Shown here: positions 37,083-49,255 of the stretch, one piece after another | Position numbering within the stretch: position 1 is the first letter of the stretch | How the letters are laid out: each line of letters opens with the position of its first letter | Assembly (NCBI RefSeq): GCF_006345805.1 | Contig: NC_043003.1 | Span: 97,340,001 to 97,404,000, forward strand | DNA: 64,000 nt | Source: Octopus sinensis | Taxonomy: Eukaryota | Reading direction: 5' to 3' | Position numbers and translations under genes: made by a program | Notes under the pieces: generated by a model | Told to the model about the DNA's origin: nothing | The model's input: only the letters and a program-made list of their open reading frames with translations | The model's database searches: none

Positions 37083-37790
37083 CTGAGGTAGTGTGTGTGT
37101 GTAGAAACCCACATAACTTCTGAAGTTCACAACTGATTTTCTCAAAACTGGGAACATACATTACTTATATTCCGGTGATGGCTTCAGACTCTTAAATTTT
37201 TTCACATAATGAGTAATGCGGCCTCTGAGAGCAGAAAACAGCCTTCTCTGGGTTAAGCCATTACGCCTTATCTTTTCAAGTAATTCATTACTACAAATTC
37301 TCATGTGCCTGCATAGGTTCAGTTTATGTTTCTTATTCTACAGCCACACCAGCAATACAATGTCAACCCTTCGCCTTCTGCAGCATTTCAACATTTCACT
37401 TCCCCGTTGCTGTCTCCCATTGCAGCCCCTTTCCGGAATGTACTCATTCACGTACAGTATCTCCATTACATCTACATTCATTCGACTGTCAATCATACGA
37501 TGGGTCGTGTTAGACACAGCACCGATAGCCGCATAGGAGAGTATATCCGCTGACAGCATTTCGGTACGTTAAAAAATCACATACCCCCAATTTTCCATGA
37601 CAGGATAGGGCCTGGAATCTTCCAAACGGATGCATGACATGTTGCTTAGTCGAATTAGCCCATCATCTACACCACAAATGTTTTGTCGTCAATGCTGCAA
37701 TTTCCCGTATCACATGTTTCAACATAACTGTAATATATTATATACAAACTATGCCATCTTAAACCAGAGCAATGCCGGGTATCTCTGCTA

Positions 37791-37791
<1 letters not shown>
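37075..37791 (+). mobile_element. Probable Helitron with internal cargo
   Basis: tatatataactgagg(tg)n...aacttctg head; ends ccagagcaatgccgggtatctctgCTAA|T. Confidence 0.6.
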
Positions 37792-37829
<38 letters not shown>

Positions 37830-38107
37830 TGATTGATTGATTGATTCTAGTTTCAGCTTATGAGCTGTGGCCATGCTGGGGCACCGCCATATATACATAT
37901 ATATATGTTTGTATTTATATATGTATGTATTGTGGATGGATGGATGGATGGATGGATGGATGGATGGATGGATGAATATATATGTGTGTATATATAGAGA
38001 GAAGGGGGCGGGAGGGTAAGAGAGGAGGGAAGGACGTAGACAGTATGTATACACACACTTATACATACATACATACACACACACACATACATATACACAT
38101 AGAGAGG

Positions 38108-39593
38108 ATGCGAGAGCTATTTGAGAACATATATGGAAATTAAATAAAGCAACTCTAATGAAATAAAAGCCAAATATATTTTAAACAATCAATTATGCAC
38201 ATGATTTGGATAAGTTTCTTATAAGATTATTCTATGAATCCGCCTTCTGCTTCGATGACTGTTTCAATACGGAACCGAAATCATTTACATACCTACATTA
38301 AATGATCCTTATTTATTTCGGACATAACATGGACTGGACAGTGGTAGCCGTCAATAAAATTATAGTATTGTGAGGATGTCGATTAGTCCTCCTTTGACCA
38401 ACATTCCAAACGTTATAGTCTATGGGATTTAACTCTGGCAAGTTTGGAAGCCACAAGTTTGGTACTACATAATTGTTAATACTGTCTCATTTTCATTCTT
38501 GGGTTACGTGGGCTTTATGAGAAGGTACAGAGCCTTGTTGAAACATATATGGCCATCCACTGCGTGCTTCATCTATCCAGAGCTTAACAACTGTCTTCGG
38601 TACTCAGCGTATCCAGTAGTATTAATTCTAAGACCTTGTGGAAAGATATAAGGTAGCATGACATGACCTTCATTATTCACCACTCCTAAAACCATCACAG
38701 ATGCTGGAAACTTCGTGTGCATCACTCTGGGAATAACAGAAGGATTTGCACGTAACCAGTGGTCATTTCTCTAGTTAGAATTTTAGTCTTGGTCGAATAT
38801 CTTTATATATAAAACTGAAGTTGTGTGAGAGTCTGTCTCCTCCGATTTTGATTCCTAACTACTCCCACATTTTGCGGTGCAGTTTAACCAAAAGCGGGTA
38901 TCTTATAGTCGTGATTCATATCGAACCCTTCTAGGTATTAGCGCGCGTCTACGATGAGTCTACGATTTAAAAAAAAATTACCATCATTTTTTTGCTTGGT
39001 TTATATAAGGGAAGTAACTCTCTAAAAATGCTTATATAGTCATTTCCCTTACAAACCCGAGCAACGCCGGGTGATACTGCTAGTTTTCTCATAAAGTTGA
39101 ACGAAAGCATGCCCCCTCCGTAGTGGAATTTTAACCTTCTTAAGTGACCGCTTGACGCGGATCAGATGGTTTTTCCTATGTCCTTACAGACTTGGATTTA
39201 CTTCTCCTCACTACATACGACTTACATCGAATGTCCTCGTACACCTGAAGTTCTTTGGCGATAACCCTCATTGATTTTCTGGGATGATCATCGAAAAGGT
39301 TTTGAACTCGTTGAAGCTGGCTGAACGTTTAGAATGTTTTTATCTTTGATACAGCTGAGGCATTCCATCCGAACTTTGTGTACAAAAGACCTTGCGACAT
39401 TCAGAAAGTTGGCAATTTCTAAATTTCTACATCGCTGTCTTCCGAACGTTTGGCAACAATGACTGCTTGTCTTTTTATTTCTTGTGTTAGAATTTTAACT
39501 ATCATGGAGGGATCCGAAAGCAATAAAAGCTTTTCACTTGTTCAGAAAAGAATAATGTACTCATAATTAAGTGTCCTCAAATACACCTCGCAT
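38108..39593 (-). mobile_element. maT/DD37D-type Tc1-mariner transposon, degenerate, split by a Helitron
   Basis: Minus-strand peptides KRQAVIVA, IANFLNVARSFVHKV, DEKIFDQD, TKFPASVMVLGVV and IETVIEAEGGFIE*. Imperfect TIRs atgcgag..tatttgag.aca. Confidence 0.85.
38800..39083 (+). mobile_element. Non-autonomous Helitron H1, shortest copy (284 bp)
   Basis: A|TC...CTAG|T with no TSD. Removing it restores the DEKIFDQD frame. Confidence 0.93.
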
Positions 39594-39990
39594 TATGTAC
39601 ATTCGTTTATATTGGAAGCAGCTATACGACTATGTTCGAGTTTTATCTTTTTAGTTTAGGTTTTTCCCATTTTGTCATTAGCTTTTTTCAGTTGGTTTGG
39701 AACAGTAGAGTTCCTAAATCTATATCCGACTTGTCTAAATTATATTGAATTAAATATACCTAGCCTTTGTGTTGTTTCTGCCAAAGGTGTTTTGCCATTA
39801 GTATCATGCTACAGTTGTAGATCTTTAAAGTTTAAACTTTTAGTCATTCGGGAGTTTTAGCATACCTGAAGTCACACTTGTCTGTTTCCATAGCCAGGTG
39901 ACTATTGAACTCCAAGCGCGCGAAACCGATTCGTAGGATCGGCCGTAATGGATATTCGGATGTTTTGCGTTCTTGTCCCATTTTGTATTT

Positions 39991-40004
<14 letters not shown>

Positions 40005-40074
<70 letters not shown>

Positions 40075-40613
40075 TTTCCGTCTACCAAATTCACGCACAA
40101 TGCTTTAGTTGGCCGTGACTATAGGAGAAAGCACTTACCTACGGTGGGTGCCGGGGCCTGCTACATTCATCGGACTGCACTACTTGACATTGAAAACAAA
40201 ACATTAATGTATAACATGTTTTTCCCCCCTCTCTCATTCGATACCTATTTCTTTATTACCCAGACATAGGTATTAAGTCGATTACATCGACCCCAGTGCA
40301 TAACTGGTACTTAATTTATCGACTCCGAAAGGATGAAAGGCAAAGTCGACCTCGGCGGAATTTGAACTCACAACGTAACGACAGATGAAATACAGCTACG
40401 CATTTCGCCCGGCGTGCTAACGTTTCTGCCATCTCGACCCCAACGTTTGTTTTGTCTGTCCCCGTATTGTCCCCTCTTTTTCTCAACCTTATGGTGAATA
40501 AAGAAACACACACTCTCTCTCTCTCACTCACTCTCTCTCTCCCTCTCCATCTCTCTCTCACTCACTCTCTCTCTCCCTCTCTCCCTCTCTCTCTCTCACT
40601 CACTCTCTCTCTT

Positions 40614-40661
<48 letters not shown>

Positions 40662-40812
40662 CATGTGTGTGTGCGTGTGTGTGTATGTGTGTGTGCATGT
40701 ACTCATACACATACATTCATTATATACATGCATAAATGCATACATACACACATACATACACTCACATGCATACTTACATATATACATACAGACAGACAGA
40801 AACACAGAATGA

Positions 40813-40860
<48 letters not shown>
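40005..40860. repeat. Microsatellite cluster (TG)n, (CT)n, (TA)n around a SINE
   Basis: Direct reading. Confidence 0.9.
40246..40436 (-). mobile_element. SINE family B with internal deletion
   Basis: Body and head match the family. Confidence 0.85.
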
Positions 40861-40863
<3 letters not shown>

Positions 40864-41292
40864 GCATGCATGCATACATATCCTTAACATAATTCTCATT
40901 TTCTTTTCTTAAGCTCCGCTCACACGAATTAAAAATACAAGCTGCCACTGGGCAAAAAGTACATAACTTACCACATCTTCCTTGCTATAATGATGACAAT
41001 ATAATAGTGCAAATCTCACGTGGTACGTTGTTTTCTATTGCCAACAACGTATGAGTCATACCTTTTTTTTTTTTTTTTTGGATATCCCCTTTCCCCCTTG
41101 CAAAAGGTCATGGTCGTTGCCTCGGAATAAGCCCTAAATTAAGCGAAATAAACTTGCGTTAGAAAAATAAAAGTGTGTAATCCAGCGTCGGCAATACTAT
41201 GAAGACTGGCTCTCCACCACTTACGACGACGACGACGACTGTTCTAGTTTATTCGCTAAACGGAACAGCCTGCTCGTGAAATTAACGAATTC

Positions 41293-41441
41293 TGTGTGGT
41301 AAGTAACTTGCTTACCAACCACATGGTTCCTGGTTCAGACCCACTGCGTGGCACCTTGGGCAAGTGTCTCCTACTATAGCATTGTGAGTGGATTTGGTAG
41401 ACGGAAACTGAAAGAAACCCGTCGTATATATGTATATATAT

Positions 41442-41488
<47 letters not shown>

Positions 41489-41678
41489 GCGGTTTGGCAA
41501 AAAGAGACCGATAGAATAAGTACTGGGCTTACAAAGAATAAGTCCCGGGGTCGATTTGCTCGACTAAAGGTGGTGCTCCAGCATGGCCGCAGTCAAATGA
41601 CTGAAACAAGTAAAAGAGTAAAGGAGTATATATGTGTGTGTGGGTGTGTGTGTGTGTATGTATGTATGTATATATATA

Positions 41679-41731
<53 letters not shown>

Positions 41732-41956
41732 TATATATGTATATATATGTATATATGTATGTATATATATATGTATATTATGTATATATGTATATATGTA
41801 TATTATATGTATGTATATATCTATATATATGTGTATGTATATATATATATATATATATGTATATAATGTATATATATATATATGTATATATGTATATATA
41901 TATGTATGTATATATATATATATATATGTATGTATATATCTATATATATGTGTATG

Positions 41957-42002
<46 letters not shown>

Positions 42003-42220
42003 ATATATATATATATGCATGTATGTGTGTGTATATGTTTGTGTGTCTGTGTTTGTCACCCCAACATCGCTTGACAACCGATGCTGGTGTGTTTACATCC
42101 CCGTAACTTAGCGGTTCATCGAAAGAGACCGATAGAATAAGTCCTGGGGGCGATTTGCTCGTCTAAAAGGCGGTGCTCCAGCATGGTCACAGTCAAATGA
42201 CTGAAACGAGTAAAAGAGTA
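41293..42220 (+). mobile_element. SINE family A copies separated by ~390 bp of (TA/TG)n
   Basis: Family A sequence at 41293-41627 and 42015-42220. Confidence 0.8.
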
Positions 42221-42324
42221 TGCAGCTGGGCTCTCCAACAGACACCACGTACCCCTAATGTGGTCCTCAGGGATATCCAAAGTGACCCAGAATGTGACTA
42301 GGCTGACTCTTTGAAATACATATA

Positions 42325-42843
42325 CCGTAAATCCTCGAGTATAATCCGTATTTTTTTCCCAAAATTTGAAGGTCAAAATCCCTAGTGCGTATTATATACG
42401 AGGTTAAAAATGAAAATGATTTCTAAGCAATGTCCGAGTCTCTATTTGCTGTCCGGCAATGTTTATTCAGACGCATTTTGTGATGTCGGGCGCGAAAATA
42501 CCTTAAGCTAAGCCTGAAAGCAATGAAGTCATAAAAGAATCATCCACAACATGCAGTAAGCAACATTTATTAAAATAAAAGTATTCAGAACACAGAATAA
42601 CATGTAACAAAAACAATTTGCAAACATTTACATTCCCATATAACAGTTAAGAACATCACCATTATTGTATTACGCATGCGTCGAAGTGTTTGTTCGACTA
42701 GGTGCTACTGGCTTAATTACGCACGACTCAAGTTAGAGAAGGGGTGCGTATTGTACACAAGGTTTAGGTTTTTCAGAGGTACAGCCCCCTAAAAATCCCC
42801 TGTGTATTATACTCAAGGGTGGACTATACTCGAGGATTTACGG
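42325..42843. mobile_element. pogo/Tigger-type MITE
   Basis: TA|ccgtaaatcctcgagtata ... tatactcgaggatttacgg|TA, perfect 19-bp TIRs. Confidence 0.92.
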
Positions 42844-43499
42844 TACTACTCATTTTTGCCAGCTGTGTGGACTGGAGTAATATGAAATTAAGTGTCTAGC
42901 TGAAGGGCACAATCTTGAGCCGAATAACCCAAACCACTAAACCACGCGCCTTTTACAGTTAACTATAAGACGTCTAAAAAATTAGTAGCATCCAAAAAGT
43001 AATTTCGCTGCGTCAACAATAAAATATAACAAGAATAGCAACAGCAATAATCTTTTATCTTTTTCAATCACTGGATTGCGGCCAAGTTGAGGCACCGCCT
43101 TGAAGGCTTTTTAGTTTTTAGCCGAACGGATCGACCTCAGTACATATTTATTTACTTATTTATTCATTTATTTTTTTCTATTTATTTATTTTGTAAAGCC
43201 TGGAACTTATTCTGTCGGTCTCTTTTTTATTTATTTATTTTTTTTACTCAACGGCTAATTCATAGGGGCATAAACAAACCAAACACTGGTTGTTGGACTT
43301 TTGTGTGGGACCAGCAATTTGAGTGAGTGGGTAAGTCGATTATATCGACCTCATTTTTCTACTGTATTTTTCTGGGGGGGGGGGGGGGTTTCGACCCTGA
43401 AAGGATGAGAGGCAAAGTTATCCTTGGTAGAATTTGAACTCAGAATGTAAAGACGGATAAAATATCACTAAGCTCTATACTGGCCAAATTACCGTTATA

Positions 43500-43662
43500 G
43501 GCGTAGGAGTGGCTGGGTGGTAAGTAGCTTGCTTACCAACCACATGGTTCCAGGTTCTGTCCCACTGCGTGGCACTTTGGGCAAGTGTGTTCTACTATAG
43601 CCTCGGGCCGGCCAAAGCCTTGTGAGTGGATTTGATAAACGGAAACTGAAAGAAGCCCGTCG

Positions 43663-43701
<39 letters not shown>

Positions 43702-43853
43702 ATATGTTTGTGTGTCTGTATTTGTCCCCCACCCCTCAACATAGCTTGACAACCGATGCTGGTGTTTTTACGCCCCCGTAACTTAGCGGTTCGGCGAAAG
43801 AGACCGATAGAATAAGTACTAGGCTTACAAAGAATAAGTCCTGGGGTCGATTT
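43500..43853 (+). mobile_element. SINE family A, 3'-truncated by a GGATCTTTT-type TIR
   Basis: Family A sequence then ggatcttttcggtttgaacggcag at about 43855. Confidence 0.82.
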
Positions 43854-43903
43854 GGGATCTTTTCGGTTTGAACGGCAGTTTTTAACATAATTTCTAGGTA
43901 ACT

Positions 43904-44040
43904 ATATGTATATATGTATATATATATATATTATATATTATATATATATATTATATATATATATAGATTATATATATAGATATATATATATATATATTAT
44001 ATATATATATAGATATAGATATATAGATTATATATATATA

Positions 44041-44076
<36 letters not shown>

Positions 44077-44348
44077 TATATATATAGATATATATATATA
44101 GATATATATATAGATATATATATATAGATATATATATAGATATATATATATAGATATATATAGATTATATATAGATATATATATAGATATATATATAGAT
44201 TATATATAGATATATAATATAGATATATATATTAGATATATATAGATATATATATATAGATATATATAGATATATATATATAGATATATATATAGATATA
44301 TATATAGATTATATAGATATATATACATATATATATAGATATATATAG

Positions 44349-44394
<46 letters not shown>

Positions 44395-44490
44395 TATAGA
44401 TATATATAGATATATATAGATATATATAATATAGATATATATAGATAATATATACATATATATTATATATATAGAGATATATAGATATAG

Positions 44491-44563
<73 letters not shown>
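43904..44563. repeat. ~660-bp degenerate (TA)n/(TATAGA)n tract
   Basis: Direct reading. Confidence 0.95.
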
Positions 44564-44564
<1 letters not shown>

Positions 44565-44969
44565 CTAGCATTATCGCCCGGCGTTGCTCGGGTTTGTAAG
44601 GGAAATAACTATATAAGCATTTTTAGAGAGTTATAGCCAAAAAATAGCAAAAAAAAATGCATTAAAAATGGAAAAAAAAATTATGGTAAATTTTTTTTTA
44701 AATCGTTGACTCATCGTAGACATTTTTAGAGAGTTACTTCCTTATATAATAACGAAAAAATGCCATTAAAATGGAAAAAAATGATGGTAAATTATTTTTT
44801 AAATCGTAGACTCATCGTAGACGCGCGCTAATACCCAGAAGGGCTCGATATGAATCCCGACTATAAGATACCTGGTTTTGGTTAAACTGCACCGCAAAAT
44901 GTGGGAGTAGTTAGGAATCTAAATCGTAGGAGACAGACACTCACACAACTTCACTTTTATATATAAAGA
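44565..44969 (-). mobile_element. Non-autonomous Helitron H1
   Basis: Same termini as 28283-28677. Confidence 0.9.
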
Positions 44970-44987
44970 TATATGTATGTATGTTTG

Positions 44988-45014
<27 letters not shown>

Positions 45015-45027
<13 letters not shown>

Positions 45028-45517
45028 TCTAGTTGTGTGAGTGTCTGTCCCCTTCGATTTAGATTCCTAACTCCTCCCACATTTTGCGGTGCAGTTTAAC
45101 CAAATTCGGGTATCTTATAGTCGTGATTCATATCGAGCCCGTCTGACTATTAGCGCGCGTCAACGATGAGTCTACGATTTTAAAAATAATTTAACATCAT
45201 TTTTTATTCCATTTTAATGCATAAAATGCATCGTATGTCGATGGCGGCGGAGTTGGCGTCCACGCTCACAGCTGCACCTGTTTGCTTCTCCCCCTTCCCT
45301 CCCTCGTGAAGCTGTGGGGAAGGGAGTGTAAAGAAATCAACGTCGTAATGCGTTGTGAAGGAAACCAGCGTTCTTTTAGAACAACGACTTCATGGCTTGA
45401 AGACACCAAAACAAAAATGGCTAAGAAAGCCCGAATTTATAAGGGAAGTAACTCTCTAAAAATGCTTATATAGTTATTTCCCTTACAAACCCGAGCAACG
45501 CCGGGCGATACTGCTAG
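45015..45517 (+). mobile_element. Non-autonomous Helitron H1 with a GC-rich internal insert
   Basis: H1 5' (~190 bp) and 3' (~80 bp) ends, with a unique middle at about 45225-45435. Confidence 0.88.
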
Positions 45518-45720
45518 TATATATATATATATATATATATATAACGGGAAGCTTTATGAAAATAGACAAAAGACGAAGGCAGGTTTACAAAACTATGAGA
45601 GAGAATCCACTATGTGGACGCTCTAACGCTAGATATAGATCCGCAAAGGGAATCCACCACCAAAGAATTGTTCTCAAGAAATAATCCAACACACCAAGAA
45701 AAATAACGAAAAATAGATTA

Positions 45721-45796
45721 ACTCAATACAATTGTTTCATCGTTAATACATTATGTAATTTTACTTACATAAGTATTTTCGAATCTTCAGTAGAGT
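45721..45796 (-). ncRNA. Type I hammerhead-like ribozyme motif (degenerate)
   Basis: actcta CTGAAGA [long stem II] GAAA caattg TA ttgagt. Palindromic stem III ACAATTGT. Confidence 0.55.
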
Positions 45797-45860
45797 ACAT
45801 CAAAATATAATTTGTCGAACTACACGGCAAAATCAACATATATATATATATATATATATA

Positions 45861-46043
45861 TTGATAAAAATGGTAAGACAACAAAAGAATGAAAGAGACC
45901 TCGATATTATGTTAATAGAGGAATTTATCTGTAAATGTAATATGTGACAATTATTCGGTAGCCATGATAAAAATCCGAGTTTCGGATGCCGAGGTGGAAA
46001 TCCACGCCGCCATCTCTTCAGTTATCCGACCATCGGAAAAATG

Positions 46044-46091
<48 letters not shown>

Positions 46092-46283
46092 TATATATAT
46101 TGATAAAAATGGTAAGACAACAAAAGAATGAAAGAGACCTCGATATTATGTTAATAGAGGAATTTATCTGTAAATGTAATATGTGACAATTATTCGGTAG
46201 CCATGATAAAAATCCGAGTTTCGGATGCCGAGGTGGAAATCCACGCCGCCATCTCTTCAGTTATCCGACCATCGGAAAAAATG

Positions 46284-46285
<2 letters not shown>
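45861..46285. repeat. Two identical ~185-bp units separated and flanked by (TA)n
   Basis: 45861-46045 equals 46100-46284. Confidence 0.92.
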
Positions 46286-46322
<37 letters not shown>

Positions 46323-47017
46323 GGCATATCATAATAATAAACCTGCACTTGGGGTATTCTCGGCCACATATCAACAGAAAAGTTACTGCTAACATATTTA
46401 AAGTAGTGAACATTAAAAAAAATAATAATTAGGGTCCGAAGAAATAAGAACACTAATGCACAAACATTGTATTACGCAAGACCTTCTCGGCTCCGATCTC
46501 TCCACAATAAATAGCAACAAATAACACAGACAAAACAACGCACATGGCGTAATCACCGGTTTACTCACAGATCCGTTTTGCTTTGAAACAAAAATAAAAG
46601 GACTGAGCTATTTGAATATGTAAAAAGCTGGGGCACAATTTCTTCCCATGATTTCTGACCATGTATACAATTAACCGAAATTACCCAGTCAAATACACTG
46701 CACACAGGACCGGTCCCACAACACCATCCTAGAAATACTATTCTTCCTACTTTGACAGTATCAGTAAAACATCAACACACACACACATATACACAAGCAA
46801 AACATTGTACTGGTATGCACCTACCTACCAATGATAAATATAGACGAACAGCAATAATGAATGCACTCTGACTAAATGAAAATTAAAACTGTCTGTTTCC
46901 GTTGCATCACACCTAGATAAACTGACTAAACTTCCAACGGCAAACCACTGCATGTCTGAAAACACAATATACACACTGCTTGTCTGAAAGCACAATATAC
47001 ACACTTACTAGGCAAAG

Positions 47018-47230
47018 ATATACGAGTAAGTGTTTAAAAGTTCTTGGCTTTAGGTAATTATGATTTTATTCAACATATTCCCTGCACAGATTCACACACT
47101 TATTGCAGCGGTCTTTCATGTTTTCCTAAGCCTTATAAAAGACCTCGGATCGTTGGGTCTCCAATCAGGCCTTTCGCGACAACCTTAAAGTCAGGAACTT
47201 TTCAGCAACCCCTCGTAGTATATCTGGAGC
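47018..47230 (-). mobile_element. Mariner-type terminal remnant
   Basis: See 32155-32480. Confidence 0.6.
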
Positions 47231-47410
47231 GCTGAATCTATGGGTCACATCTAGACGTTCAAACAACAAGCTATGATTTTGTGGAAGGTAATTTGGTTAG
47301 CTGTGTGTTGAACGTCTGGTATGGTTGAATTTGGCTACGTGCCGTTTCCTATATACAACCAAGTGCATCATAGATTTTTGGTGATATCATTTATTTACAC
47401 ATGATTTTAT

Positions 47411-48262
47411 GGATCTTTTCCTTTTGAACGGCACACAATTTCTAGTTAACTAAACACTTTAAAACTTCGTATACTGGTAGAATGTGTCAAAATAAAACAT
47501 TTTTTTCTCTTGGCTTTCTTGAGAAAATTGCAATTCGTTTGTTTAACGTATATTTAATTTTTCGAATTTTAACCAATGAATCGCCTCTAATTGAGCTAAA
47601 ATCATTTGCTGTGTCTAAAACTGAGACAACATCCTGTCACTAAACCCTAAACGTCCACCCTAACCCTAAATTTTTTTTCTTAATTGTTAAATTAATTTAA
47701 TTGTTACGCGTGTAAAAAAAAAACGAAAGCAATGGAAAATAATTAAAACAATTAACAAACAAAATAATTCTATAATTTTATACACACGCTTTCCGTAACA
47801 CAAGCTTTCCGTAACACAAGCTTTCCGTAACACAAGCTTTCCGTAACACAAGCTTTCCGTATACGTACGGAAAGCGTGTGTATAAAATTATAGAATTATT
47901 TTATATGTTAATTGTTTAAATTATTTTCCATTGCTTTAGTTTTTTTTTACACGCGTAACAATTAAATTAATTTAACAATTAAGAAAAAAAAAATTAGGAT
48001 TAGGGTGAGGTTTAGGGTTAGTGACAGGATGTCTCAGTTTTAGACGCAGCAAATGATTTTAGCTCAATGGAGGTAATCGATTGGTTAAAATTGCCGAAAT
48101 GCTCGAAATTTCAGACGAAATATCTTACAAACCATAGAATTTTCTCAATAAAACCAAGAGAAAATGATGTTTTATAAACACATTCTACCAGTATACGAAG
48201 TTTAAAACTTTTTAGTTACCTAGGAATTATGTTACAAAGTGCCGTTCAAAAGGAAAAGATCC
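47411..48262. mobile_element. ~850-bp fold-back DNA transposon with 8-bp TSD (Merlin- or MULE-like)
   Basis: TIR ggatcttttccttttgaacggc. The whole element is palindromic. TSD gattttat/gattttac. 16-bp repeat ctttccgtaacacaag x4 near the apex. Confidence 0.88.
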
Positions 48263-48570
48263 GATTTTACAATATTCACAACGGTTACATTTCCTGGAAA
48301 TCATATCACTGTTTACAAATAGGGAAACCTGAATGTATGCTGCATTTTATCTTTTATCTTTTACTTGTTCAGTCATTACACTGCGACCATGCTGGAGCAC
48401 CACCTTGATGAATTTTAGTCAAATGAATCGAGTCGCCAGTACTTATTTCATTTAAGCATGGCACTTATATTATCGGTCACTTTTACCGAACCGCTAAGTT
48501 ACAGAGACGTAAACACACCAACACCGGTTATCAAACGATGGTAGGACACACACACACACACACACACATA

Positions 48571-49126
48571 TCTCTTATATAAAATCCGTTCTGTCTGTCT
48601 GTCTGTCTGTCTGTCTTCTCAGATCTCGGGCATCCTCCATCTGATTGCGCTCAAATTTGATATGTAGATACCGACGGTATCAGGGCGTGTATAAGTCTTG
48701 AAAAAATTGCAAAAATCGATTCCAGGGGAGAATGCAATCGATAAAGCCGTTTTTGTCTTGCTTTTCTTCCGTCAAGCTGTACATAACTGCACCTTCCATT
48801 TTTTGTTGTTTTTGTACTGCTTAAAGGCACGTTTCTTTCCTGCCAAGCTTACTATTTAAACCGTGTTTGTGTTCTCCCAGTGAACAGCCTTGTCATTACT
48901 GGTACTTTAAACTCTTCGGTTGCATATTTTATGTGAATAAAATCGTTTTTCTTTGAAATAGAAGAAAGTCTATCTTTATTTCTTTTGCTGGTGTCTCAAA
49001 TTTAGGTTAAATCAGTGTTTCTCAAAGGGGAGGCCTATGGGACGGTCGGACAAGTTGTTTTGAAAAAAATTGGTTTAAATGTTTGACAACTCAGCACCGT
49101 CCATTGGACGGGAGGCGTTTTGCTCG
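48571..49126 (+). mobile_element. Probable non-autonomous Helitron (family H3)
   Basis: A|TCTCTTATATAAAATCCGTT(CTGT)n head; ends accgtccattggacggg aggcgttttgCTCG|T. Confidence 0.65.
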
Positions 49127-49255
49127 TATATATATATATATATACTATATATATATATATATATATTAATCCAAACATGAAAGCACAAAAAAAACACAAC
49201 AACGCGAGGACGTGGAACAAATATAGTATTATTGGACGCTCAGGAAAGAAGGAGG

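Noticed and set aside
41348-44571. Long Ile/Tyr- or Val/Cys-rich ORFs (also at 30806-31087, 37788-38098, 39844-40892)
   Set aside because: Translations of (TA)n, (TG)n, (CT)n and (AAT)n microsatellites.
46320-47000. Possible LINE ORF2 remnant
   Set aside because: Too decayed; no unambiguous motif.
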